Of a stretch of 64,000 nt of DNA, positions 10,811 to 24,294 are shown in pieces (position 1 is the first letter of the stretch; each line of letters starts with the position of its first letter). The position numbers and the translations under genes were made by a program. The notes beneath the pieces were generated by a model. It worked only from the letters and a program-made list of their open reading frames with translations, was not told the DNA's origin and did not search any database. Where the stretch lies: assembly GCA_010015805.1 (NCBI GenBank), contig ML978126.1, positions 1,674,001 through 1,738,000 of the forward strand, written 5' to 3'. This DNA is from Rhizodiscina lignyota (lineage: Eukaryota).

Positions 10811-13800
10811 AGACCCTGCAGAAGAATACTCTCTCCGGCGATGAATCTTTCTCAGAAGACGAAGATGCAGAGACGACGCCGGAGTCTGGGATTGGATAAC
10901 TAAGACATGATACCGACGGCGCCGAAGACAAGGACAACACAAAGGGAAGAAGCCGTGGCGGCGGGACGCGTACAGCTTAAACAAGGACGGTCGGATTTGG
11001 AGTACCAGCCCCTACAAAAACAGCCAATTATGGGTCAAGTATCAATATAACAGGAGCCTGGGGCTCAGAATGCGCGGAACGAAGCACGAGAACGTCTGCT
11101 CAGCAGCTGATGGAGAATGTGAGAGCTGTCTCTAGGTGGATGAGTTAATGGAGAAACCGTTGAGGAGAATCTTTGGCTCAGTTAGGATCAGAATTAAGCT
11201 ACTTCATGGCTATTCAATTAAGAGATCCTGATCAAATATCGTCCGTCTTTTGTAGAAACTCATCTACAAACTCCAGAACCGCTGAGCTCTCCGCCAAAGC
11301 TGCAGTATGGCATAATCATCGACTCAGCGCTCAATTGGGCTTGATAGCTTGAATAAAGTTTGCTTGGGGCATGCCATTATTTTCACTCAAGTTCAAAGGC
11401 CACCGAATAGTTTCTATGTAAGGATCTGTTTACAAAGCTCCCCCTAAAATAGCTATATAGTCCAGCATCACAACTACCTACAGATATATCAAATCACAGT
11501 TCTGTACATAATTCCGCTATAACAGATGCTTCACAATCAGCATCCTAGGAAACAGCAGAGCATGCTGTCTATCGTGGCTGAATTTCCACCCAACCTGGGG
11601 CTGGCCACTACCACCCTCACTATCTAGATATGACGAAGGTTTTCTCTGGCGTAGAATTTTGGCCATGTCAGCCTAATGACCCTTGTGTTGAACCTCATTT
11701 CCAGAGCGGAGCTTAAAATCTATTCATGCCATGTGCCTAGTTCTGATAAGCCGCTTAATGTTGTTGTTACCCGTGGAGACATACAATGACACCCAGTCGA
11801 GAGCACTTTAGGGGCTAATTTCAAAGTTTGTTGCTCGATGCTTCACCGTCTGCGATACCTGCCACCCCAACACATTCCCAGAGTGTATACACGACAGCAG
11901 CCAGGCCAAACAAGCTGAGGATCGAGAGGGACTGCTTTCCTTTATTGTATAGCTTCTAGAAGGCGTGAGAATACTAGGAAAGTCTCTGGAGCTTCGCCTA
12001 GTCGTGAAGAATCCGAATCCAATTTTTAGAACCCTGTCGGAAAGCCAGAAGACACACGTAGATCTGCCCGTGCACCTGGCTCCCTCCGTGGCCTTGTACG
12101 GTGACAGTGATGCTTTGGCTTTTGCCGCTCATGGTCATAGCTCCATCTACGTGTAGTGGTGTATAAATACCGCTCTCCCTTCCCCAAATCTTCTTTTCTT
12201 TATTAGTTATCCTATGGCATATGATGAGTTAGTTACTACACGCAAGAGAACATGACTGTTTAGGTCATGTTCTCAGTGCTGAAAACCTTTCGAGCAACTC
12301 TGAGCCACCCTCCAGATGAAACTGGCCTTTGGACTTTTTGTTCATCCTTAGTGAGGCAAACCACAACATCAGATTCCTCGCCCAAGTTTTTTTAGTCTTT
12401 AGCGCGTCCTTCCATGTCAGTATGCCAACTTTTCTTATAACAACCTACGCTGCCGCTCGCCAACTACGGCATTTAACAGTCAAAGCAAAGGTACGTTACT
12501 CTTCTCCTCCCTCCCCCTCTTTTCGGTTTTGTTTTGAACCAACCCTCGCGCTCCCACGACGCGTCATCTAGCATTGTTTTCGCAGCAGAGGAAAGCCTTT
12601 GGTCCTCGGTGAGTTCTCCAGCTTGACGTTCTACTAGCGCAAGCTCATGCAATTGCGATTTCATTTTATCCTCAAGCAACTCTATACTAGCGGAAGTTCA
12701 AAAGGTGAGTGAATGCTCCTATGCCCGGCCGCGATAGACAGACTAACTCGAACTTCCTCAAGAGAGCGCTCTTTCTTCTCCTCCTCCCGCATGCCTCCTT
12801 CCCAGTTGCCTCCTTACAAGCTGCCTCCGCGATCAATAAAACATCTTGTCTTATACTCCTGAGTATCTTCATTGTGCTCAGGGCACTTTCACAAAAAGCT
12901 CATCGGGCATGCATGGGATGCCGTCTTCGCCAGGGTGTTCATGTGTCTGTCCGGCTCGCTGGGGGTTCTTTTGACGTGGTTCCTCAATTCAACAGCGAGT
13001 GGCGCAATGCCGTGAGCAAGATCAATCGCTTTGGCGAAAAGTCTACTCTCTATCTTCAATTTTTTTGACCGGCCATTGGAGACTTGATACTAAGGGCAAG
13101 GCCGCAAGTTCTCGTCGATGGTCGGTCGAGAGCTCAAAATGGACCTTACACCCTTTTCTTTGAACATAGAACTCATCTGCAGACATGAGACACTATATTC
13201 CCTGTGATGTTCGTCTGTGTCTCGGGTTTCACTGCCACCCTATTGAATGGTTCTTTGCCTGCCTTCCTTCATCTTCCTTCATACCCCAGCTTCAACGCGC
13301 AATGAAGGACTTGTGGCCCCCTCTCCCATAGAGTTATGCGTATTCGTCAGAATCGATCAGGCTCCTGAGGCTTGCAAAGCAAGTGCCCATTGCGCCGTGA
13401 GCAAAATCAACGCCTTTAGTGGCGGCAGTTCACTGCGGTCTCCTGTTTCCACCGGATCACTGCTAAAGTGCCAAGTGGCAGGAATTCCCGCCCCGCAAGG
13501 TCAGAGTGAGTGCGTGTCTTCAACTAGCGATAATACAATTGTGTGTCGGAGAGTCGAGAGATTCGAAGGGCATGCGGAGTAGACGGACTGGAGTAGGCGT
13601 TGGAGGGTCCTGTAGATAGCTTCTTTCCATCAGATCAAATTCAGCTCCAATATGAGCACTTCAAAGAGCAACTCATTCTTTTACGAACTCGTGATGTTAC
13701 AGACTCCACAATCATCGTGACAAAGCCTCCGTACTGGCATGCTCCCGCCGTTCACGCTTCGCAAGCAGAAGCAACCGCAATTGTCATCGTGTGAGCCTCT

Positions 13801-14290
13801 GCGACAAGCTAAACAATGATCCCAAGTTGGCGGCAGCACAGCTGGGACCAGGAGACAAAGATAGTTGTGCAGTTATTGGCATCATCAGCCCGCCAGAGCA
13901 GCCTACATTCTGTACTCGATTCTTTCTTATGGGGCCAATGTGCTCTCGCACTGTGCTGCATTTGCGAGCAAAGCATCGGAATCGGACAGCATAAGGCCGC
14001 GGGCATCGCCCAATCGAGCACTGCAGCAGGCCTGTTCTGACGGTCGGAGGCCACTAGCGTGTAAAATCACGGCCACCTTTCCACACTACCTTTTCTCCCA
14101 CAACCACCAACCACCCCAAAACAAAATTCTTCAAAGCTTCTGAGCTGTTACGACTCGCGTCTACCAGCTCATCTTTGAAAGAATAACATCAATCTGGCCT
14201 TACAGCCGTCGATTTCCCCCTCCTTTTCTCTTTCAAGATAGACCGACGCGAAAACCAAGAATACCTCAAGCTCCCAAGCTCCAACCAACA

Positions 14291-14581
14291 ATGGCAAAGT
14301 TTTGGAACAAGATCAAAAACTTCTTCAAGAAGCTCAGAAAGGGCAAGAAGGCCAGAGACTACATTGACGACGGCTACGAAGCCCACGACAGCTACGAAGC
14401 CCACGACAGCCACGAAACCCATGACAGCACCAGCGATCATGAAGTCGCCGACTCTAATGTGGTTACCACATATCACATCCAAGCGACAGCTCCAGAGGCG
14501 GTCAGCCAAGCCATCCAAACCGAGTTGCGGCGAATGAACTATGAGTATGACCATGTGCTGTACGACTCGAGAACGACCTGA
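14291..14581 (+). CDS. Small orphan protein (96 aa): cationic amphipathic N-terminus plus acidic His/Tyr hexapeptide repeats
   Basis: Good start context CAACCAACAATGG and C-ending codon bias. MAKFWNKIKNFFKKLRKGKK is followed by DGYEAH-DSYEAH-DSHETH-DSTSDH (18-bp unit, 14369-14440). Confidence 0.6.
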   Translation: MAKFWNKIKNFFKKLRKGKKARDYIDDGYEAHDSYEAHDSHETHDSTSDHEVADSNVVTTYHIQATAPEAVSQAIQTELRRMNYEYDHVLYDSRTT

Positions 14582-17500
14582 ACATTCGGCCACGAACATT
14601 TTCGAGTCGAACGAGTGACTCGCTAGTCTCGTGTTCCAGCCGCGGGGAGGTCAACAAAACAACTTTTCAAAAACATGAACACCTCACATCCACCACTAAC
14701 TTCACCAAGAACCTTGCAAAAGTTTTCTTGAATGATATCACTTGTCTTCTCGTTCTCGTTTTCGATGAAAGCCGTCGTCATGGTTCGAAGCTCGTTGTTT
14801 ACATTGCTGCCGTCACGACTTGATTCTTCGATCTTGGATCATAACATCGGCGTGGCGCGTCCATAGAACGTCGACAACAATGCAATCAGATCTTCAGTCC
14901 TCACTGCTTTCAAGTGCAGCAAACAAGCTATTGAGCTCTGATCTTTCTGAAGCCTAGCTGCTGCAAGATCGGAGCGCCATCTTGGTGACACACATCTTCA
15001 CTCGTCTTCCGGCTCTTCATGATTCAGCTCACCCTGCTACGAGTTCAAATAGTACATGATAGGCATCTTGTTGTCTGCTACGACATATATTGGAAGTCGA
15101 CAAACAAAATCAATCATACGAGATGGACTTGATAAGATTGCGACGACTGAAAAGCTGCTCTGGACTAAGAGATGGGTCAACAGTACGAGAGTCATCAACA
15201 GCTTATGGCCAGATACGAGATTGCAACATTAACATCGACGGCTGAATAGAAAGGAAGTCAAAGAAAAGAGAGAAATGCAAGCACAACTCCATCGCTTCGA
15301 CTTCATCAAGTCTATGGCCGTACGAGAGTCGACGGCGACTGGTCGTTTTTGACTACATCCGCCAAAGCGGTTAGCGAATTGATTGCGTGGACGCGGAAGG
15401 TCCATATCCAGGTGCTGGAATGTTAACCGGCTTTCCTTTCGAGCATCTTCAAGATGCACCCTCTCCTGACTTTGGGCCTCATGGCCTGGGGCCATCGGCT
15501 CTGCTCGCGAAGCCCTTGCGCTACCCTACGCTGGTTACCCTCCAGCTCTCCCACCAGGTCCTCTGGGCCAGTTCTTCAACTTCCGAGAGCCACCCAACGC
15601 CGGCGTTCGATGCTACGCGCCAGGAGCTGCCGTGAATCAAGAGGATATGACAAATCAGCTGCACAATCCTTCGGCCACTGAACTCTTCAAGACCTGAACT
15701 CGGTAAGCATCATGTTTTCCTGCCTTGTCGCGAACTCGGCTGATACTATTACTTCTAGTGACTCCTGAGGACGGATGGCTCCTGTTAGCTCGGCAAAGCT
15801 GGCAAGAAGCTCCATCGTATGACAAATCGGAACACCACCACTGCCGGCGCAGAATATGTCTGGTGGATATATGAGAAGGGTGAATGGCCTGAGCACGGGC
15901 AAGCTGCCATGGAAGCTCCAGCGTACGACAAGTCAGAGGAAGAGTGGCATCGGGAGCACTCTGTCTCAGATGTCCCGGATAACCAGCTCTTTGACCATTT
16001 CCATTACGCCGCCCAGGGACACTCCGCCGGGGTTATTCAAAGCATCGTTCGTCGCGCGGTATGTTGAACTTCCTTTTTCCCAGAGCCTTTGCTTCGATGA
16101 TTACAACATCACACGAGCTCCACTGTAGCGAGCCATTTGGCTTGCCATGATGACGCGGACTCAATTCCGCGAAGAACAGATATCTGACCCTGAAGCACTC
16201 TTCCGACTCCTGCCAAAGCAATTGTATGCATCCGAACGAAGACTGACGTGTCGTGACACAGATATGTCGCCCTCAGAAGCGTCTTAAAGCCGAGGTATCG
16301 TTTGCAGCACGGTACGTTAATTTCCATTTTTATGTCCCCAGCGATTGAATGATGCACAACCCTGAATGCTACAATAAACGCCAGAGTCAACCACAGCACT
16401 AGCTCGAGTTACCCGCAAGCTTGCTTGATGAGGTTTTGAGGACGGCTATTGCTGGACGAAGAGGACTAAAAATCTGATCATGAACAACTGATTTTCAATC
16501 TTTCCCTCTTCTTTAAACCAAACGAATGTGCTTCCATTCAGTCGCTAATGCTTTGGGTGAACCAGGACTTGTCTCTTGAGCAACGGTCGACGACTTTCGG
16601 ATGCATCTCGTTGTCACGGTACATGCTGCACATTCCCTCTTGCTGACTCGATCCTTGGGTGATGTGCAACCAACTGCACCATCTCCATATAAGCGCCGCA
16701 TTAGTGTGTCGTTTAGCATCAGCAATACTGCCAAGCCGTGCTGGACTTGTATGAACAGGCTCATCCGCGCATTCGTTTCGATCTCTTTCATCGAACTCGT
16801 TGATGCTCATTCGCTAACGGTGGCGTCCGACAGGTCACCCATCTGGATCATCTGGATCATCAGCTGCGAACCCCAAGTACGTTGTGCTTCCTGCTCCTCT
16901 TCCCTCGATCATCAAATGATTACAACCCTATTCCCTATAGGCGGTAGCTGGGTTTGCGACTGGGGCTTTGCTCCAGGCCACGAACAAGCACGCCATGAGG
17001 GACGTAGAACAGATATCTGACCCGCATTTTCATCCAACCCTCATCCACTAAAATTACTTGTCAGGACCAGGTTGTTAACATACTCGTCGAGATCAGGACG
17101 CGTACATTCGTCACAGCACATACGGTGTCAGTCGATGACCAAAAGGTCCGTCGGACAGTCTTTTTGTCTTCGTCTTTCACCTCGCCATGATTATAAACAA
17201 AGTTGTGGAGCATTTCCAGGCAGCATCGGTTTGGTCGGAGTTTTACCCGGGACTCACAATCTCTAAGGTTTAACACAAGCAATCCCATGTTGCCGCAATG
17301 ATAACATGTAGATGGAACATCTGAGCGGAGCTTTCTTTCTCATTTTGTTGGGCCGGAGAACTTGCTCTCGACAGGATGCTGACAATCTGGGGTGGCAGGA
17401 TTCACACATCCGTCGCGGCACTCCCGTCCATGGCGCCGAGGCATGTTGTCCATGCGCCTACGCGCCATCCGGTTGCAGGGTAGTGGGTGCCAAAATGGCA

Positions 17501-20195
17501 ACGCGGTTCCTGTACATATCCATGCAGTATTGGTTTCGGAGGTTGCCTGGCGCCTTGGAACCGAAAAGCTATGCCGGATCCATACTGATCGAAGGCAGCC
17601 TTTAACTTGGTCGTACTCTCTCGTATGTCGCCCACACCGCAAGCTCCGAGTATTGTTCGATTGCTGTTGTAGTTTCTTTTTGCCTACTTGCGCCAGTGAC
17701 AAACCCAGACCTCGACATTGATGAGTGCTGCAGCATTCCCTGAAGCCTTTGGTCGGGCTCTCGTGGGACAGTATTCTCTTGCTGGCCAACCAAGCTCATG
17801 AGCAAAGAAGCAGTGTCTACTGAACCGCACATTCCTTCACCTCTTTCAAGACAAAGGATCGGCTAGTATTGGGTCACTAACGTTTGGAGTGTGCAGGATT
17901 CATCCGTCGCAGTGTCCTCGTGGTTGGTCCGAATGGCGACCGATCGCTCTAAGACCATTCGCAACCGAAGCTGATACCATCCATTATATGGGGTTGGTGT
18001 CGCAGCCTCGCAAAGGCTGATAACACGGCGCAGACAAGGCTCGATTATCGACCTGGAAAGAAGCTTCCACAACTGAGCGGCGGAAGCGATCCACTCTTTG
18101 AAAGAATAAGACAGGGAGGAACCCGTCAGCAACCAAGCTTTCTGGATGCGTTTCGAATCGCATTAGCACCACATCATCGGCGGTGCTAATCTGCGCGGTC
18201 GGAGGTTGTCAACGCAGTCGTTCAGCTTCATGCGTCTCTCACAGTGTGCAGGTGAGCTCCCGTTTTCTGACGCTAGTGGAAAGTAATATGATCTCACAAG
18301 TTTGAAGCTTTTCAGGCTCTACTTGTTGGCTTGCGGGTGGTATTGTGGTATACCGGAGTTGAGGGAGATGAGTGGGTACTGGGGAGCTGGTGACCGTGCC
18401 GCATCAGAGGCTCAAGAAACGTCGAGGAAATCATCCGAGGTTGACGAGTTGCGCAATATCATCGTCATTAGTTTCTTCCAGGGTGATCGCAGGGCCTCTA
18501 TCGCGTTGTTGCTACCGCCGCCGCTGGGTGAGGTTTCGCCTTTGAGGTTTCTTTGAGGTGCAACTGCAGCCTTCACGTGACGGTGGCGCGTTGCGCTCGT
18601 TCGAAAAGGGCATGAGCGCCATTGGAGGCATATGTGAAGAAGGCTTGAAGAGAGTCTAATCGGTTCTGAGATGCATTGGCGACGTTGCTGTGATGGACGG
18701 AGGAGGGCGGTTGGCCGAGAAGTTCAAGTTGAGGTCGGACGAAGTTTGAAATGTGGCGCTTCAACACGAAACAATGCTCCTCCGGAGCACCGGCGGCCAA
18801 CTATCAGGCTTAGAAACATCTACAAAATTGTGTGATAGCATTTGAGCACCATACCATTAAATTAAGCACCGTCCGAAGCAAACTACACTTTTGATTGTGG
18901 GACAGAAGTGCATGAGTGAGCTTCCGCGACAAAGCCGCAAAGCACACCGCCAAGCCTGAACATCAACCTTGCTCTATAAATAGAACATGAGCCCAAAGAG
19001 CGGATTCTTTTTGTTAATTTCCTCTGAGCTTGTTCTAGATAGCAAAGGCTCGACATTGCGCATGTCATAAAGCACTTTGACCTCCATGTCGTCGTGGTAG
19101 GCCTTTCAGTTTCGTCTAAATCAACTTTCTCTGTGATTTCACATTGAGCACTTGAACCGGAGCACATATTCCTGCGAAGTAGTAGCACTTTACCACCCAG
19201 ACTTTTAGGTACGTTAATAATATTCAGTATCTCCTTCTGCGCTTCCATTTTCTGTATATAATCTCTTCTCCGCTCACAAGTAATTGAATATCTAAATAAA
19301 TGACATCTATCTGTGCCTCTTTAACCCTAACCCTAACCCTGTCTGGCTGCCGTTGCCAATAGTGATCTGAGGAGACTTGCGTCTTCTTTGCATGTCCAAA
19401 AATTTTTAGGTTGGAAGACTTAGAACAGAGCTCTACTACCTCTGCATCATCGGGGGTTGCCGACTGGGATGGTGATTCAATTTCTACCTCAGTCTCCACA
19501 TCTACTCTGACAGACCAGCAAACGTAGTGAATAACTTTCTAGAATGATGGTATTAACTATACGTCTTCTAGGATCTTCCAAGCAAGCAAAAGCAACTGTC
19601 GTTCTCAAAGCGTATTGGATTCATGCAGTCAGGCCCCTCAATGGCGGAGCCGTCTCGGCGAGACAGTTATCAATGAGCGCTTGTCCTCTACCGTCCCAGT
19701 CTCTCCTCTCTTGACATCCTTTATCTACATGATGTAACAATCTCACTCTTGAAGCTCAAAGAGTAAGATCGTCCGTGTATAATGTCAAATATCGGCTCTT
19801 CTCTGGAGCCGCCTTGGTCTTTGTTGGCTTCCGCATGGGGTATGAAGCTCGGCTCTCGCATTCGCATTTATTCACGCTCGATCCAAGCCCAATGCCGTTA
19901 TGCCCGCACGGCACGCGCCCCATCCGACCAGCCTTGTGCACGAGTTGTGCATCTTTGCCAGAATTGTGCACCTGCTGCTTTGGAAGACGCTCCCGAGCCC
20001 TGTTTGCAGTCCTTTATATATGGGAAAGTGGTCGCACCGTACGATGCGGCTCGAATTCAAGCATTTTCGCAGGGATCGAGAAACGGCGACACAAGAGAGC
20101 AAGCGGACAAGTGAACGAGCGTCTGACGGGCCCCGAGCTCGCACCGTACCCGCTTGTGCTTGCCCTTGCCCTACTCCACGTGCTCTCGCGACAAA

Positions 20196-22004
20196 ATGTC
20201 TCCGTCCGACGAGGATGCAGGGATCCCCGATGCGTCTTTGCGTGACGACAAGCAACCGACGGAAAATGGCACGGCCGACGAGAAACATCATCCCAAGGAG
20301 CAGGAGGACGAAGAGGAGTCGAGAGACAATGGCGCGCTCGACAAGGACGTTGAGAAGCAGGCCGAGCCTCAGGAGACCGCACTGGATGGAACAAAGTCTC
20401 ACGAGCGCGACGAAAACATCGTAGACTGGGATGGCGACGACGACCCTCACAATCCATACAATTGGAGCAAAGGGAAGAAATGGACGAACGGTGGTTTGCT
20501 CTCTGCAATGACTCTCGTCACGTATGTCGAACATAGCGGTCGAACACAGCGGCAATTGAAGATCATGGTTAAGCTAATCTGCTCTCCAGTCCACTCGCCT
20601 CTTCAATGTTCGCGCCAGGCGTGCCCGATGTCATGAGAGAGTTCCAGTCCACTAGCACCATACTCGCCTCGCTCGTTGTGTCTGTATACATTCTGGGATA
20701 CGCCTTTGGCCCGCTGATCATAGCACCAATGTCTGAACTCTACGGTCGAACAATCGTTTACCATGTCAGTAATGTTCTCTTCGTCGTATTCAGTATTGCA
20801 TGCGCTGTTAGCTCGAATCTGGGAATGCTCATCGGCTTCCGTTTTCTTGCTGGCTCCATGGGCTCAACTCCATTGACAATCGGAGGCGGGACGAATGCCG
20901 ACATGTTTAGGACAGAGGAGAGAGGTGCGGCCATGGCAATCTGGAGCATAGGACCTCTACTTGGACCCGTCATTGGACCTGTGGCTGGCTCGTACCTGAG
21001 CCAGGCTAAAGGCTGGCACTGGGATTTCTGGCTGATCACGATTCTGGTATGTTCTTCCAGATCAAGTTCCATACACTGCAGCTGCTGCATCAGAGATATT
21101 GACACTTTATCTAGGGCGGCACAATCACCATCTTTATGATGATATTCCTCCGCGAGACCTACGCTCCCCGAATCCTCGAACTCAAAGCCCGTCGTCTTCG
21201 TAAAGAAACCGGGAATCCCAACCTCCGCTCGAAACTCGATACTGGTCTCTCCCCACGCGAACTCTTCATCCGCTCCATCGTCCGCCCGACCAAGATGCTG
21301 CTCTTCTCGCCCATTGTATTCCTTCTCAGCTTCTACATGGCGGTTGTGTATGGCTATCTATATCTTCTCTTCACTACAATGACCCTCGTCTTCGAAAATA
21401 CATACCACTTCTCGCAAGGCTCGGTGGGGCTGTCGTATTTAGGGATTGGCGTGGGCATGTTTGGCGGATTGTTCCTGACAGGCGCAACGTCGGACTGGGG
21501 CGTCAAGTATCTGAGCAGGAAGAATGGAGGCGTGACGAAGCCTGAGTTTCGTCTGCCGCCAATGATTCCAGCAGCGCTGTTGATTCCCATTGGACTGTTC
21601 ATATATGGGTGGACTGCGCAGTTTGGGGTTCACTGGATCGTTCCGATCATCGGGACTTCCTTTGTTGGACTGGGTTTGATAACGACTTTTGTAAGACGCG
21701 TCAATCTTCTAAGCCCCTTGGGGAAATTGCTGACAAGCTACATTTGCAGATGCCAATTATGACCTACCTCATCGACGCGTACACGATCTACTCGGCCTCT
21801 TGCATCGCAGCTAATACCGTCCTCCGCTCCCTCCTCGGTGCGCTCCTTCCTCTGGCTGGCCCGTCGATGTACTCAGCACTTGGTTTGGGCTGGGGAAACT
21901 CATTGCTTGGGTTTGTAGCGTTAGCCATGGCGCCTTTGCCAATCATATTCTGGAGATATGGAGAGCGGATACGAACAAGTCGGCGATTTACGGTCAACTT
22001 TTAG
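20196..22004 (+). CDS. MFS multidrug transporter (DHA1-like), 4 exons
   Basis: [65 protein letters not shown] motifs. Canonical introns after 20521, ~21046 and ~21690. Confidence 0.95.
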
Positions 22005-22979
22005 ATGACGCGTCGGAGCATTTTGGAGCATAGCGTTGCGTGGTTTGGTTGGCATAGAGCAGGAGCTTTGATACCAATAATTAGCCTTCTTCACTAGCGC
22101 TGAGCCATATGAAGATCATCATTTCTCATCATTCTCTTATGCGAAACTCAAATGATGGAGCATGTACGTCTGTCTATATGAGTAAACTGTGATGCGGACT
22201 TTATATCCTACGTCACTCCATGGAGTACCAAATAGAAACCTGTCTGTGCGTTGAAATCTGAAGAGCCAGTGGGTAACGTTCAAAGAGCTGGTCAGGCTGG
22301 AGTCACAATAGCAATCGCCTGGGTAAACAACCATGGGAAAACCAAATGCCAGCAATAAGCAATGCTGTAGAACTCTAGCTGGATGAGCGTAGCAGATTTT
22401 GGCTTCATGAAATGATCTACGCCTCCTTCCAAATACGTAGCGCCTCAGTGGGTTTGTGTGGTACTGGAAGCTTGAGAAGGCCGTGACGCGATTTCACATA
22501 CACCAAAGCCTCGAAATAATAGCCAGAAGGGATGACGGAGTTGAATTCAAGTATAGAACAGAGTCTCTCTGAAGCTTCATTCTTGCGATAGTAACCGAAC
22601 AATTACTGTTTTCCTCGTTGCTGACACCAACGCCGATCCTCACTACCAGCTTCATAGCTGTGCCCACCGTGTCGCGCTCGCGTTGCACTTCATACGCATA
22701 CTGCGCCGTTGGCTGTTGATAAGCGTGCTCTTCTGAAGGCTTGATCATACATGAAAAGCACTACGAGCTGCTCATGAAGAGTGATGCTATCATAAGTGTG
22801 AACGCCACGGTGAATTCAGCAACAAGCCAACATTTCGATGGAGTACAATCAAGTATACATTCATTATCATTCATCAGTAATACTAAACAACATACAATGA
22901 AGAGCACCAAGCCAATGTCAAGTCCCATCCAAGCAAAGTCCAAAGCCAGATCCCTTCGTCAATCTCCTGCTCAAGGCAG

Positions 22980-23131
22980 AAGAGTCAATGAAAAGACTGA
23001 GTACAAGCAAAAATTATGCCAGTGAAGCCCCCGAAGGAGATTCATACCAGGCCTACTCCGCGCGGTGCAATGCAGGCAGACCTGGCAGGACAACGGCTTC
23101 ATGATCCCGTTGGCCCCAACAAGGTAAGTAT
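22980..23131 (-). ncRNA. U1: U1 spliceosomal snRNA
   Basis: Minus strand starts ATACTTACCTT. SL1 CAACGG-GATCATGAAG-CCGTTG (U1-70K loop), SL2 with ATTGCAC loop (U1A), SL3 with TTCG loop, Sm site ATAATTTTTG (23017-23008). The 3' end is approximate. Confidence 0.95.
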
Positions 23132-23172
23132 GAGAAGAAAGAAAAGAGGGTTCGAGCCGGAAGAATGGGAAG

Positions 23173-23180
23173 TATATATA
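23173..23180 (-). promoter_or_regulatory. TATA box of the U1 gene
   Basis: TATATATA ~42-49 bp upstream of the U1 5' end, followed by a pyrimidine tract on the minus strand. Confidence 0.6.
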
Positions 23181-24294
23181 CTCCTAGAAGGCTTGGCGTT
23201 GATCGGCTGTTCATCGGCGACAGGGGCGGTTAAGGTTGCGAGTTAGGCACAAAAGTGGAGAACAGGTGCCACCTGGGAGGCTGGCAAAGGCTACTGGAAG
23301 CTTCCGAAGCCCTCGTAGGTTCGTGATTGGTCAAGAATCTGCCTGGCCGCGCCCAATGCGTCACAGCGACACTTTGTAGCCGTGAAGGTAGAGACACAGA
23401 GGTGTAGCAATGGCTCTTAGCACTCCTTGTGGATCGAAGCGATCACGTTGTAGAGAACAAACTGTGGTGCTCTAGAGTCAGAATCTCAGGGGTTCGTGAT
23501 ACATACCAGAGGCTGGTTGGATATGCCTATCGAGGCTAAGTGCTCTTTCCTTAGCCCCATCTCGTCGCATAGCGTGCAGCCTCAAGCTACGGTTAAGTAG
23601 ACGTCCGCGTTAATCACATCTTCTGCAACTAGAAGTAGACGCTTCTGAGTCAATCATTGTTTATATCTTTTACAACCTCACCACTAACTTGATGACACTG
23701 AGAACTAGAGCGTAGCGGAACGAGGTCACGGCCTTAAGAGTGGCCAACATGTCCGCGCCGCAAGCACCCTGGATCTCTATGCCAACTCTGCAAACGGATG
23801 CATTATGCGCCTTGATTGATTTCCATGGCCCATGTTCAATCATTCGAAGTAAGCTTGATCCAACCTCAGCATAGCCTTAGCAAGGCCTCCCGTTGTCTCA
23901 GACTCTCCGAGAAACTAGTTCGCTCAGCTCCCCAAGACGATTACACCAGCCAGAAAGGGAGAAGAGGGATAAGCCCAATGTGAGGGCACAGGTCAGCGCA
24001 AGTTTGATACGATTATCTCTCTGTTTTTTTCGTACGTATGGGGGATGATCTCGCGTAAGCGGAAATGGTCCTTATGAGAAAGCTCCACCAAATATCAAGC
24101 CCTAACCAAATGCCGCTCCATATAGTTTGGTATAGCCAAATTCTTACCAAATACTCCCTTAACAAGTCCGTCTTATACCTATTGTTGATACACTTAAATA
24201 CACACGGGACAAATAATTCCTCTACGATTTCAAATCAGACCTCCAAGGCTCCAAGCGAAAGCAGTGCCGCAGAGTCTTCCCTCACAAACTCACA

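Noticed and set aside
23148..23160. GGTTCGAGCC B-box / tRNA T-loop-like word
   Set aside because: No cloverleaf or A-box around it; it lies in the U1 promoter.
23016..23246. 76-aa ORF and apparent GTAAGT splice donor
   Set aside because: It is the antisense of the U1 snRNA; the donor-like word is the complement of the U1 5' end.
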